DNA of 64,000 nt from a virus (IMGVR_UViG_3300009709_000001:32001-96000), one strand, 5' to 3'; numbered from the stretch's first letter, positions 16,180-25,382 are shown. Made by a program: numbers and translations. The notes: a model not told the origin generated them from the sequence alone.

Positions 16180-18009
16180 ATGAAGCTGAAACACATTAAT
16201 GAGAATTCGAGCATGCATCCCGATGACATTTATGCATCGGTTAAACAGACAATTGCCGATCTAAAAGCAAAGCAGCGACCATCTGCACCAAATCCAAATG
16301 CTGTTTATCCTGCAACAGGTGATGCACAATCTCAGGAAGATGCAAGATTCAGAAGAGAATGGCACGCCAATCAAGATGAACGCGAAGCCCGTAGAGGCCA
16401 TGGTCGCCTCGAGGAAGAGCCAGACGAGCTCGCAGGCCGTCATACTCGTACACCTGAACCACATCCTTACCGTAAGCACGGTACTCCATTGAATCGTCCT
16501 CCGGTTAATCCTGATTATCCGACAAAGCCATTCGATAAGAAGGAATGGGTTAAGTCATACATGAAGGAAGAAGATGACGAGCAGTTAAACGAAATCTCGA
16601 ATGAGGTGCTTGCCAAGTATAAGACCGCTGCCGGCAACGATGCAAGAAAGTCTGATGCCGCAGGCGACACAGCTCGTGGTAATAAGAGATTCAGTGGTAT
16701 CGTCAAGGCAACTAATAAGCAGTTCGATAACGATGCTAAAAAGCGTGCACCGGTAAAGACTTCTGAAGGATCGATGGGCGGCATTAACCGTTCTGCTCCT
16801 GCTGTCGATGTTAGCTACGAAAAGGTATTAGACAATCAAGGCGATGCAGTACAAGAAGAAATCATGACTGCATATGAAAATGTAGATCAGATTCAAAAAC
16901 CGATTGGATATGTTCTTGTTGACGGACAATCACAGGGAGTTATCGGCAAGTATGGTCCTGCACAGCGTGGCCGTGCTAATGCTCGTCGTGACAAACTTGA
17001 TAATGAACATGGTGCATATCGTTACAGAGTAACACCTGTATATGCTGGTGAGAAATACTCAGAGCTGTTCCAACAGACCGCACCAGTCAGCGAAAATAAG
17101 CATCGTACCAGAACTGCTGCAACCCAAGCAGGTCAGCCAAATTTTACCGATATCCTGAATAAGCAGAATCAGGATAAGACAGCCGCACAGCCTGCTAAGA
17201 GAGAAACGGTTACAATTCCATATCACGGCTGGGATATCAAGTATCGTCCAGCTGCCGAAGGTCAGAAGACTTCGTGGGTTGTAATTAAGGGTGAAAAGAT
17301 TGCTCAGAAGGGAGAATCAGATTCCGATGAATCTGCAGTTCGTGATGCTGAGGCTTGGATCAAGAAAGGTGCAGGACAAAATCAGACCATGAGCAAGAAT
17401 GCAACAATCGACTTTAATTCAAAGTTTGTGTCGACATTTGCTCCTAATGGTGAACAATTCTATTCGACATTTGTGTCACAGAACGGTCAACCTTATTTTG
17501 TTATTTCAAGCGAGCCACATGAAGGTCTAACCAAGAGCTCAATCAGAAGTGGTGCTAATTTCCCTTCTATTCATATCGGGCCAAGAATTGCAACTCCTGT
17601 AGGTTTGCAACCGCATGGCAGATATGTCATTGACTTGCAGGGTAAAGAGGAACTTGAGGATGGTGGAGTCTTTATGTATCCGCTTATTTTCCAAGGAATT
17701 ATACAGGACAAAAATGAGCGCGAGCATTTGGGCGGCCCAGGATTTACTGTCGCTTATTCGCGTGGAGTAGACGAAGCACTCGACCCTTGGCATGGTTATA
17801 CAAAAGACGATAAAAAGGCGAATGCACAGGCGAGAGCACCTAAGTATGCGAAGCAGGGTTCTGTAGAAGTTCCGTTCAGCGAACTCGTATGTGATACTAT
17901 TCGTAAGCACGGTATTCGTTGGGCATTTCAATTCTATGTTGTGAAACATGGATTGCCACCAAGACAGTTCAAGATATTTGCGAAAGACGCTCTGGAAAAC
18001 AGAGAATAG
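16180..18009 (+). CDS. late modular protein, putative internal head protein
   Basis: 609 aa; AAGGA RBS; late motif; N-terminus MKLKHINE; many hydrophobic-X-E sites. Confidence 0.75.
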   Translation: MKLKHINENSSMHPDDIYASVKQTIADLKAKQRPSAPNPNAVYPATGDAQSQEDARFRREWHANQDEREARRGHGRLEEEPDELAGRHTRTPEPHPYRKHGTPLNRPPVNPDYPTKPFDKKEWVKSYMKEEDDEQLNEISNEVLAKYKTAAGNDARKSDAAGDTARGNKRFSGIVKATNKQFDNDAKKRAPVKTSEGSMGGINRSAPAVDVSYEKVLDNQGDAVQEEIMTAYENVDQIQKPIGYVLVDGQSQGVIGKYGPAQRGRANARRDKLDNEHGAYRYRVTPVYAGEKYSELFQQTAPVSENKHRTRTAATQAGQPNFTDILNKQNQDKTAAQPAKRETVTIPYHGWDIKYRPAAEGQKTSWVVIKGEKIAQKGESDSDESAVRDAEAWIKKGAGQNQTMSKNATIDFNSKFVSTFAPNGEQFYSTFVSQNGQPYFVISSEPHEGLTKSSIRSGANFPSIHIGPRIATPVGLQPHGRYVIDLQGKEELEDGGVFMYPLIFQGIIQDKNEREHLGGPGFTVAYSRGVDEALDPWHGYTKDDKKANAQARAPKYAKQGSVEVPFSELVCDTIRKHGIRWAFQFYVVKHGLPPRQFKIFAKDALENRE

Positions 18010-18035
18010 AAAAAGGCCCTTCAGGGCCCTTTTTG
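18010..18035. terminator. bidirectional terminator between convergent genes
   Basis: aaaaaggccct-tc-agggcccttttt. Confidence 0.8.
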
Positions 18036-18047
18036 TTGACCGACTGT

Positions 18048-19430
18048 TTAACGAGCCGGTTGCTTTGCGCGTTCACGCATCTCAGTGAAGTTGGTCTCGT
18101 TCATGACTGCACCATTCAGGTAGCGAGTCTTCAACAAATCTTCACCCTTCGACTCTTCCAGACGATTGGTCTGATACTCGCCATTGACGAGGTTGAGTGC
18201 TAGGCGACCCTTCTTGCTCTTCTTCATCTTCGAAGTCACAGGTTCCTTGAACACGTCGACCCACTTGCCGTTGATAAATGCTGCCGAGCACTTCATCGCA
18301 AACTCGAGCGTATCGCGATTGATCTGTTGCAGCAATGCACCACCTTGACCGAATGCAACATTGTCGGCCGAATAGCCGTTCAATTCCATCACAGTCAGGA
18401 TAGCACGGATCATCGAATGGTCGATACCGTCACCTTGGATAATGCGAACATTGTTCAGCACACGGAAGCCCTTCGAGTTGATGGTATGTCCATAGTGCTT
18501 ATCCAGGATGCGCAGGCAGTCATTCACCACTTGCACAGGATCACCGGAGTCAGGGCGCACCACAACGACTGCACCGCTGTCGATGACTTCTTGCTTCAAC
18601 TCGGTACCCCACTTTTCGCAAGCGGCGTAGATGTCGTAGCTGTCCGACACACAAGCCAGCAATGCGCCCGGCTTACCGTAGAGCTTCAGCATGTTGCGAT
18701 ACGACTCGACTTCGTTTTCGCGTCCCCAGCTGGTGACGGTGCTGTGTTCCATTGCCGGAATACTGAAGCCAACAACGTCGGCATCGTAGTATTCCATGGC
18801 AGCCATCAGGCCGGAAACAGTGTCAGTGCCCATGAAGTTGAGCAAGTGTGCCATACCGCCGAGTGCAGCACTTTCCAGGCTGGACACACCGCGTGCACCG
18901 AAGTCGTGGAGCTTGAAGTCAATCAGCAACGGGTCGCCATTGCGTTCCAGGAATTCAGCGATGATAGTCTTGCTGTGATGGCTGTTGCTGGCAACCGTAG
19001 TCGGATACCAAATTGCGCGGAGCAATGCAGTTTCCAAGAAGCTTGTCAACCACCAGCACTTCGGATCAGTATTTACGATCGTGACCAGAACTTGCTTCAG
19101 GCGCATCACGCTGCCTTCGTCCACGGACTTGATTTCGACAGGCAGAATGCCGCCGAGTTCATTGACGATGTAGTCCCAGCCTTCGCGATAGAACGGTTCA
19201 CCGTGTGCGGTGATGATCTTCTCGGCTTGGTCGACCATTTCCTTGGTCACAGGGGTGGAAAGATATTCGCGGATGAACGCTTGGACCCCGACGAACACGA
19301 GTTGGTCGTAGATCTTGCTACCGCGAGATTCGATATACGAATAGACGTATTCGGTGCCAGCCGGATATTGTGCGAATTGGCTGTACTTGTACGAGTCCGT
19401 ATTGAGGATGATGTTCTTTGCAAATTTCAT
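18048..19430 (-). CDS. nadV: nicotinamide phosphoribosyltransferase
   Basis: TDSYK, LHDFGARG, SIPAMEHS, VSDSYD, RPDSGDP, IQGDG, FGQGG. Confidence 0.96.
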   Translation of the reverse strand: MKFAKNIILNTDSYKYSQFAQYPAGTEYVYSYIESRGSKIYDQLVFVGVQAFIREYLSTPVTKEMVDQAEKIITAHGEPFYREGWDYIVNELGGILPVEIKSVDEGSVMRLKQVLVTIVNTDPKCWWLTSFLETALLRAIWYPTTVASNSHHSKTIIAEFLERNGDPLLIDFKLHDFGARGVSSLESAALGGMAHLLNFMGTDTVSGLMAAMEYYDADVVGFSIPAMEHSTVTSWGRENEVESYRNMLKLYGKPGALLACVSDSYDIYAACEKWGTELKQEVIDSGAVVVVRPDSGDPVQVVNDCLRILDKHYGHTINSKGFRVLNNVRIIQGDGIDHSMIRAILTVMELNGYSADNVAFGQGGALLQQINRDTLEFAMKCSAAFINGKWVDVFKEPVTSKMKKSKKGRLALNLVNGEYQTNRLEESKGEDLLKTRYLNGAVMNETNFTEMRERAKQPAR

Positions 19431-19432
19431 TT

Positions 19433-19474
19433 TGATAAACTCCTTATCATTGATGCCTAACTCTGTGCTAGGAC
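19433..19474 (-). promoter_or_regulatory. two-hairpin leader of nadV
   Basis: CCTAGC-ACAGA-GTTAGG, CATCAA, TGATAA-GGAGT-TTATCA. Confidence 0.55.
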
Positions 19475-19483
19475 TTGTGTTAA

Positions 19484-19512
19484 AGTGTAAGACAAATTCG
19501 TTTTGTTGTCAA
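19484..19512 (-). promoter_or_regulatory. sigma70-type promoter for nadV
   Basis: TTGACA-N17-TACACT. Confidence 0.7.
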
Positions 19513-19745
19513 CTTGCCTCTAATTGGCGCACTATCACTCGATCTTTGTGAATCTTCAATTTCAGTATAAGAACACAACTCTCGTCGCCCAATGCTGCAT
19601 ATCTGATTGCCCTCTTATCGTCTTCAAGTGGGCCGGAGCTAGCCATATAATTGAAATCTTTGAAACCACAGCTTTCGAGAATTTCTTCGAATTTTTCGAA
19701 CCATTTCGGTGGATCAAGTTCGGCTGTAATTACATACCTTTTCAT
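19509..19745 (-). CDS. hypothetical protein
   Basis: ATGA coupling; VLILKLK motif. Confidence 0.6.
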   Translation of the reverse strand: MKRYVITAELDPPKWFEKFEEILESCGFKDFNYMASSGPLEDDKRAIRYAALGDESCVLILKLKIHKDRVIVRQLEAS

Positions 19746-20068
19746 TTAATGCCAAGCGCTGCTCTTTCTGCAGGAGAAAGTTTGGCAAGACCTGCTTGCC
19801 TGAGTTCCTCCTTCTCCCTTTGTTCTTTTTCCCTCTTTCGGCGCGCATAATCTTTCGCTTCGTGCGCCTCACGCCAATTGAACAATTCGTGCTTGGTAAT
19901 GTCGGCCTCAACATAATCGAGCTGTTCGAGTGCTCCGGGACGACCACGCGCCCCTTTCGGAATCGGCTGTGCATCGAGTGCCCTTAACGAAGCACACAGG
20001 GCTGCTTCGAGGAAGGCAAACTGTTTATATAGATGATCCGATGGATCTTCATCTGTTCTGCAAGGCAT
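19742..20068 (-). CDS. hypothetical protein
   Basis: Start MPCRTDE after AAGGAG; C-terminal LAKLSPAERAALG. Confidence 0.7.
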   Translation of the reverse strand: MPCRTDEDPSDHLYKQFAFLEAALCASLRALDAQPIPKGARGRPGALEQLDYVEADITKHELFNWREAHEAKDYARRKREKEQREKEELRQAGLAKLSPAERAALGIK

Positions 20069-20078
20069 ATTCTTCTCC

Positions 20079-21125
20079 TTATTTGGCGCGACCAATCATC
20101 GTCTGGATGATACTACGATGATCCTCGAACATCACTTCGCTCATTGCGAGTGCTTCGGAAATCGTAAACCACTTGGCCTCGATCGCGTCATCTCGTGGCT
20201 TCACCTTCGGCAGCTCGGCTTCACCAGTGTTCAGCTCAATCAAATAAGCTTGGGTCAGCGTGCGACCACGAAGCGAACGATCGGGCTTGTCGAACAATTG
20301 CGTATGGGTGATACTACCTTGCAGAACTTGCGGAGGAACCTTGATGCGAGTTTCTTCGCGCAGTTCGCGCAGCATGCCTTGAATGGCAGTTTCGGTCTGA
20401 TTCAGGAAGCCACCGGGAAGTGCCCACAGACCCTTGCCGGGTGCATTCTTGCGCTTGATGAGCAGAATATGACCACCCTGGATCACGACTGCATCAGTGG
20501 TAAAGAAAGTGGGTGCATACGGTGCCGATGCCCAACGTTCCTTGTAATCCTTGATGAAATTGTATTCCTCGACCAGGAGACTATAGTCTGCGGTCTTGGC
20601 AAAATCAGTCATGAACTCAAGGGTAGTCTTCGGAATGGCGCCCAGCAGGAAGTCTGCATGCCCTTCGAAATACAGTTCGCGAATCTTGGTTGCATCGATC
20701 GGATGCGATCCGTGTTCGACAAAACCGTCCAACGGAACAAATTTCCAGGTCGGGAATGCACGCAAATACCAGCTCGACTCGTCCTTTTCGTGACCGATGA
20801 TAACAATTTCGTCATCACGGATATTCGGATAAGCAGCCTTCACGGTTGCTTGAACTTCTTGAATCCACAGATTATCGTTGTACGAGTAATCGCGAATTGG
20901 AGAAACTTGGTAGTTGGTGGGAAGATATTGCATCATCTGTTCGATAAGGAACTTGCGTTCCACGAACGTGAACGGATTCTTGATGGTGCGTGGCTGGAAA
21001 GAACTGCCAACAAGAACATGCACATTTTCGGCAAGCGCGGCGGCCTGCTTAAAGATGGACAGATGCCCGTTGTGTGCCGGTTCATAACGGCCGATGAGGA
21101 CTGCGAGTTTGTAACGCTTGGACAT
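20079..21125 (-). CDS. nadM: bifunctional NMN adenylyltransferase / Nudix ADP-ribose hydrolase
   Basis: GRYEPAHNGH, KNPFT and ATKIR; Nudix box GGFLNQTETAIQGMLRELREET; start re-called at ATG 21125. Confidence 0.93.
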   Translation of the reverse strand: MSKRYKLAVLIGRYEPAHNGHLSIFKQAAALAENVHVLVGSSFQPRTIKNPFTFVERKFLIEQMMQYLPTNYQVSPIRDYSYNDNLWIQEVQATVKAAYPNIRDDEIVIIGHEKDESSWYLRAFPTWKFVPLDGFVEHGSHPIDATKIRELYFEGHADFLLGAIPKTTLEFMTDFAKTADYSLLVEEYNFIKDYKERWASAPYAPTFFTTDAVVIQGGHILLIKRKNAPGKGLWALPGGFLNQTETAIQGMLRELREETRIKVPPQVLQGSITHTQLFDKPDRSLRGRTLTQAYLIELNTGEAELPKVKPRDDAIEAKWFTISEALAMSEVMFEDHRSIIQTMIGRAK

Positions 21126-21174
21126 AATTGGCTCCCAATTAAGTTGATGAAGTATAGAGATCGTTTCCCTATAC
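21125..21174 (-). promoter_or_regulatory. two-hairpin leader of nadM-Nudix
   Basis: GTATAGGGA-AACGA-TCTCTATAC, CATCAA, TAATTGG-GAG-CCAATTA. Confidence 0.55.
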
Positions 21175-21188
21175 ACTATTTAGCCTTT

Positions 21189-21216
21189 AGTTTAAGATAA
21201 GGCTCGCTTTTGTCAA
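21189..21216 (-). promoter_or_regulatory. sigma70-type promoter for nadM
   Basis: TTGACA-N16-TAAACT. Confidence 0.55.
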
Positions 21217-21217
21217 A

Positions 21218-21502
21218 TTACCAATTAGATTTGTTAGAAAGGCGCCTAACAATTTCGTCGGCTTCCCGTTGCTTCTCGTCAGTGAATCGACCCCACTGTT
21301 CGTATGCATATACACCGACAGTGTAGAGAAGACTGATTATTCCTACAGAAATCAGGAGCAAGAACACGTACAAGAGGCCTACAAGGCCAAAAATTGCACA
21401 TGCCGGTGCACATAGCAGAATGGAAAAGAAACAGATCGCAACCATGCAATCCGGTGCATCGTGCTTGTCCCACCACCATTTAATGAATTGAAAAAGTTTC
21501 AT
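21218..21502 (-). CDS. small 2-TM membrane protein (paralog 1)
   Basis: FIKWW, TM hairpin, W..F...EADEIVRRL. Confidence 0.7.
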   Translation of the reverse strand: MKLFQFIKWWWDKHDAPDCMVAICFFSILLCAPACAIFGLVGLLYVFLLLISVGIISLLYTVGVYAYEQWGRFTDEKQREADEIVRRLSNKSNW

Positions 21503-21744
21503 ACGCCCTTCAACTTTCTGATAATTCGTTCAGCTTCACGATCTTTATAGTCGAGAAAATGTCCCCAACTTTCATACCATGCAAATCCGAGGAGCATAGC
21601 TAGTCCGACCGCACCAAGGGTTGCAATTCCTGCATTTATGGCGAATGCTGAGCAGACAATTAGCGATAGGAATATACAGATGATACTTCCTACAGTTGCC
21701 ACACGACCTTCGATCCACCATTTCAGAAACTGGATGAATATCAT
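21499..21744 (-). CDS. small 2-TM membrane protein (paralog 2)
   Basis: FLKWW, TM hairpin, W..F...EAERIIRKL. Confidence 0.7.
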   Translation of the reverse strand: MIFIQFLKWWIEGRVATVGSIICIFLSLIVCSAFAINAGIATLGAVGLAMLLGFAWYESWGHFLDYKDREAERIIRKLKGV

Positions 21745-21992
21745 TTATCGCCTTTCAGTATATTCACAAGCCTCTGTTCCTCGAATGCTTGATTACGTTT
21801 AAAATCAGGCCATTCCATTAACTGGAAAGCACCGACAAAGAACAGAATTATTCCTGCCATTCCGAGCATGACAACGAATCCGGCAAAATATGCACATAGC
21901 ACCAGGTACGGAATCAAGAAATACAAGAGGATATGTATAAACTCTTTACCCTTTTGGTAAAACCAGTTCTGGAATTTGAAAAAGGTTCTCAT
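21741..21992 (-). CDS. small 2-TM membrane protein (paralog 3)
   Basis: FQNWF, TM hairpin, W..F...EEQRLVNIL. Confidence 0.7.
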   Translation of the reverse strand: MRTFFKFQNWFYQKGKEFIHILLYFLIPYLVLCAYFAGFVVMLGMAGIILFFVGAFQLMEWPDFKRNQAFEEQRLVNILKGDK

Positions 21993-22099
21993 TTCTCATC
22001 TTTCTGCTTAGCCAGCTCGTTAAATGCTTCCTCTTCCTCCGGAGTCCAATCCGGCTCTGGTGGAGGAAGTGGAAGCGGTTGCTTATCGTCGGGTGTCAT
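21989..22099 (-). CDS. 36-aa Pro/Glu-rich microprotein (not in ORF track)
   Basis: MTPDDKQPLPLPPPEPDWTPEEEEAFNELAKQKDEK; overlaps both neighbouring genes by 4 nt. Confidence 0.6.
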   Translation of the reverse strand: MTPDDKQPLPLPPPEPDWTPEEEEAFNELAKQKDEK

Positions 22100-22860
22100 T
22101 TAAATTCCACATGGGTAGAAACTTCAAACTTGCCGTGGTTCAGAGACAAGATTAGACCTGTCAAGAAACCACCTTTACCACAACCAGTATCGATAAAAAT
22201 GGCACGGCCACCGTTGCTGTTTCGACGTTCCAACGGAGCATACAGAGGTTTGTTAAACACAGGAGTACGATCGTGTCCAACAATGATCGTCTTTCCCATG
22301 GGGACCTCGTTTACCCAGTTGTACAACCGAACAGGATAACCGTCTTCATCTTTCTCGCCGTTGACTTCGCCAAACAATGCTCGCGACTTGGCTTCGCTGC
22401 CAAACTTCAACGTAGAATCCCACATTGCAGGATGACTTGCAGCGTGAGCAATGGCAATGTCGTCAAGTTTATGATACATGTCCGAAACAACAGGCATATC
22501 GATAATTTCTGTATACATCGACAGGAACTTTGCTTCGCGTTCTGCACCGACGTCGGCTAATGTCTTTTTTGCGTCGCGACTGAAGCTAACTTTTGCACTG
22601 GCAGCATAGCGATAGAACTTATCGTCATGGTTGCCACGAATAAACCCGCCGGTGCCGGCTTGCATACGCGCATGCATTAATTCTACGACCTCATAGGGGT
22701 TGTCACCACGGTCAACCAAGTCGCCAGCAGACAAGAAGAACAAGTTGTGTTCCGTTGCGTAATCGGATGCAGCCTTGAACTTCTGGAAATCGCCGTGCGT
22801 GTCCCCGACGACTAATGCGCCGCTAAAACTTGCTCGGATGACGTTTGCGATTGTAGACAT
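22096..22860 (-). CDS. calcineurin-like metallophosphoesterase (PrpE/Pnkp-phosphatase-like)
   Basis: GDTHG, GDLVDRG, GNHD, VGH and IDTGCGKGG motifs. Confidence 0.88.
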   Translation of the reverse strand: MSTIANVIRASFSGALVVGDTHGDFQKFKAASDYATEHNLFFLSAGDLVDRGDNPYEVVELMHARMQAGTGGFIRGNHDDKFYRYAASAKVSFSRDAKKTLADVGAEREAKFLSMYTEIIDMPVVSDMYHKLDDIAIAHAASHPAMWDSTLKFGSEAKSRALFGEVNGEKDEDGYPVRLYNWVNEVPMGKTIIVGHDRTPVFNKPLYAPLERRNSNGGRAIFIDTGCGKGGFLTGLILSLNHGKFEVSTHVEFK

Positions 22861-22878
22861 AACTTTCTCTCTGCCAAC

Positions 22879-22907
22879 ATTATATTATTGTCAGCAAAAA
22901 CTTGCAA
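22879..22907 (-). promoter_or_regulatory. sigma70-type promoter
   Basis: TTGCAA-N17-TATAAT. Confidence 0.7.
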
Positions 22908-22943
22908 CTGGATGTGGAAATCCGGCACATGGCCGGATATAAC

Positions 22944-23141
22944 TTAATGAGGAACGTTAGCTTTCGAGATGAATATGTTCATCTTTTCTGCTTCGGCAAT
23001 GACCTCCTCAGTGGTCGGGGAACTTACTTGGTTATCTGCATTTCTAACACCGGCCGCTTTGTGTTTTGCAGCGCATACCTCGAAAGATAACTGCAAAAGT
23101 TCAAGTCTGATCTCGTACGGCGTCTTGCTTGTGGGCTTCAT
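22944..23141 (-). CDS. small hypothetical protein
   Basis: KTPYEIRLELL...PTTEEVIAEAEKMNIFIS. Confidence 0.7.
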   Translation of the reverse strand: MKPTSKTPYEIRLELLQLSFEVCAAKHKAAGVRNADNQVSSPTTEEVIAEAEKMNIFISKANVPH

Positions 23142-23150
23142 CTATTTTCC

Positions 23151-23465
23151 TTAGTTTGTGATAATCGAGCTCTTCTGAGGAAGAGCAATTCCTGTGGTTA
23201 GGCTTTCATATTGGCTTTCGAATTCCGGGACAGCTTCGCCACTGCACAAGATCAATGATGCACTAAGCTTCATTGCCTTGTCGGTGTCGGCCAACATAAC
23301 GAAAGGTGCAAATTGCAATCCCTTCGGTCCCATTGCCAGCGTCAAAGGCTTGGTAATCAAGAAACCATCAGATAGTTCATCTTTTACCGTAGCGATAATT
23401 TCTTCGCCGCTAGATAGTTTGAATGTGTAGATATATGGTGTTTGTTTTGGTTTTTGTAATAGCAT
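23151..23465 (-). CDS. hypothetical beta-barrel-like protein
   Basis: FKLSSGEEIIA...KPL...TTGI pattern common in T4-like phages. Confidence 0.7.
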   Translation of the reverse strand: MLLQKPKQTPYIYTFKLSSGEEIIATVKDELSDGFLITKPLTLAMGPKGLQFAPFVMLADTDKAMKLSASLILCSGEAVPEFESQYESLTTGIALPQKSSIITN

Positions 23466-24481
23466 TAGAAATCATCCCATCCGTCAACTGCTTCTGAACG
23501 ACTATATTCAGTTACCTTAGTTTCGAAGAAATTCTCACGTTTCTGAGCATTCAGATATTCGTAAGGATTCTTAGTGAAACCCTTGTAAACCACACCGAGT
23601 CCAAGAAGCTTGGTACGTTGATTGGTTAGATACTTGATGTATCCTTCGGTGCTTTCCTGGGAGATACCAAGGATACGATCGCCGTAGATTTCCTTGCCCC
23701 ATTCAATTTCTTGTTCCGCTGCTTGCAAAATGTTATCGAGCAGAATCTTTCTGTCGGCTTCGTTATCGAGATCGAAAATCTCACGAATAATGCTTGCGAA
23801 AAGGTTTACATGAGTTACTTCGTCGTTCTCAATGTATTTTATCATTTTAGCAACATTCGCTACTTTATTGCGAGCCGCCAACTGATAGAAAAACTGGAAA
23901 CCATTATAGAAATAAATTCCTTCCAATGCAAAGTCCGCAGCAATAGCGATCTTGAAATTTTCTAATGTCTTATCATTATTAAATTTCTCGTACTGACCTG
24001 CAATGAATTTATTACGTTTCAGCAGAAGTGGGTTACTTCTCCAATGGTTGTAAATTTCTTCTCTATCAATACTTGGAAACAATTCTTGTAACAAATATTG
24101 ATACGATTGCGAATGGATAAGTTCCTGGAAGGCCTGTACTGTGAATAAACCACTAACTTCTGGTGCAGTGATATAATCTGCAATGTTGGGAAGATTATTC
24201 ACCTGCATACTATCCAGAGCAATCAAGAATGAAAGTGTATTCTTGAATGCTTCCATTTCGTCTTTAGTGAGTTCCCTAATTGTAACCTTGTCATCGACTA
24301 GAGAAACTTTTTCTGGAATCCAGAAATTGTTTACCATAATTCGGTAAAGCTTTGGTGCCCACGAATACTTAACGCTATTCAGGTTTAGAATACCTGTAGC
24401 ATTACCATTGACAAGGCTACGTGCGGTAGCCGAGTCATCTCCAAATTCATCGAAAATTTTCTTCGGTGTTAATTGTGTCAT
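23465..24481 (-). CDS. nrdB: class I ribonucleotide reductase beta subunit
   Basis: FWIPE, LDS, QELIHSQSY (radical Tyr), LEGIYFYNGF, DEVTH, NFFE. Confidence 0.96.
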   Translation of the reverse strand: MTQLTPKKIFDEFGDDSATARSLVNGNATGILNLNSVKYSWAPKLYRIMVNNFWIPEKVSLVDDKVTIRELTKDEMEAFKNTLSFLIALDSMQVNNLPNIADYITAPEVSGLFTVQAFQELIHSQSYQYLLQELFPSIDREEIYNHWRSNPLLLKRNKFIAGQYEKFNNDKTLENFKIAIAADFALEGIYFYNGFQFFYQLAARNKVANVAKMIKYIENDEVTHVNLFASIIREIFDLDNEADRKILLDNILQAAEQEIEWGKEIYGDRILGISQESTEGYIKYLTNQRTKLLGLGVVYKGFTKNPYEYLNAQKRENFFETKVTEYSRSEAVDGWDDF

Positions 24482-24688
24482 TTATCTTGTCCACTTTACA
24501 AATCGAGGAATATTACCTTTATTATCGACATAGAAAAAGTTATCTAAAAGATATAGCAGCTCATCCATTTTTGTAATATCATGTCTTTCTATTACGTTAT
24601 ACGAATCTTCCATTAGCATAAACCAGCATTTATCAACACCTAATTTAATTTGATCTTCAAAAATAAATTCTAAATCTTCTTTTATCAT
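24482..24688 (-). CDS. hypothetical protein
   Basis: Coupled to the HNH stop and the nrdB start. Confidence 0.5.
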   Translation of the reverse strand: MIKEDLEFIFEDQIKLGVDKCWFMLMEDSYNVIERHDITKMDELLYLLDNFFYVDNKGNIPRFVKWTR

Positions 24689-25338
24689 GTAACATCCTTT
24701 TTCTTTCCGTATCCGAACCCGATCGGCATTTCGGCACCGTCTTTTAATCTTTTTACTTCTTTACCGTTCGTTATCCATTTCCCGCGATCTGGGAACGGTG
24801 CCATGCCTTTTTTCCAGCCTGCTGGAATAACTTCGTCGGACTTAAAGTATCTGCTATTTGTGCCGTCTGTAAACCATTTAGCACCATCCATGCTGGGAGT
24901 TCTTCCACCGTTAAGAATGTGATTTCTTTCAGGAAATCTACGCATCGGATTATTGTCACCCTTCATGTTTTCCGAAATCTTTTTCTTTGCGGAATCATGT
25001 TGCATAGGGTTTCCGACAGATTTCATCCTTGATGCACAATTTGCTGCCATTGCAATTTTTGCAGTTTCGTATTGTTTTCCAGAAATTTTTCTATCATTTT
25101 TCTTATTTTCGGTAGCCATCCAAAAGAATGCATTCGATATTTTCCAATTTGCAGGATACATCTTGTATAACAACCAATGAGCTATGTAATGCTCCCTGGC
25201 TGTTAATTTTGATAAATTTGCCGGCAAATCATTGCCTCCTAAGCATTTTGGAATGATGTGATGCTTTTCATAATATTCCAAATCTCTTTCTAATTTACCC
25301 CTCTCACACAAATTTTCGTATGCTTTTTTATAATTCAT
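24685..25338 (-). mobile_element. free-standing HNH homing endonuclease (MobE-like position between nrdA and nrdB)
   Basis: EKHHIIPKCLGG...NL..LTAREHYIAH; start re-called at ATG 25338. Confidence 0.88.
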
Positions 25339-25345
25339 ATTACCC

Positions 25346-25374
25346 CGCACAATGACATTATTTATCATTGTGCG
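25346..25374 (-). promoter_or_regulatory. late promoter embedded in a 10-bp hairpin abutting the HNH RBS
   Basis: CGCACAATGA-TAAATAATG-TCATTGTGCG, then GGGTAAT-ATG. Confidence 0.75.
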
Positions 25375-25382
25375 CAGGATAA

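Noticed and set aside
19475-19500. NrtR operator upstream of nadV
   Set aside because: No convincing palindrome, and no matching DNA site upstream of nadM. The shared signal is better explained as RNA structure.
18327-21200. Long plus-strand ORFs (377 and 360 aa)
   Set aside because: In-register antisense shadows of nadV and nadM produced by biased codon usage.
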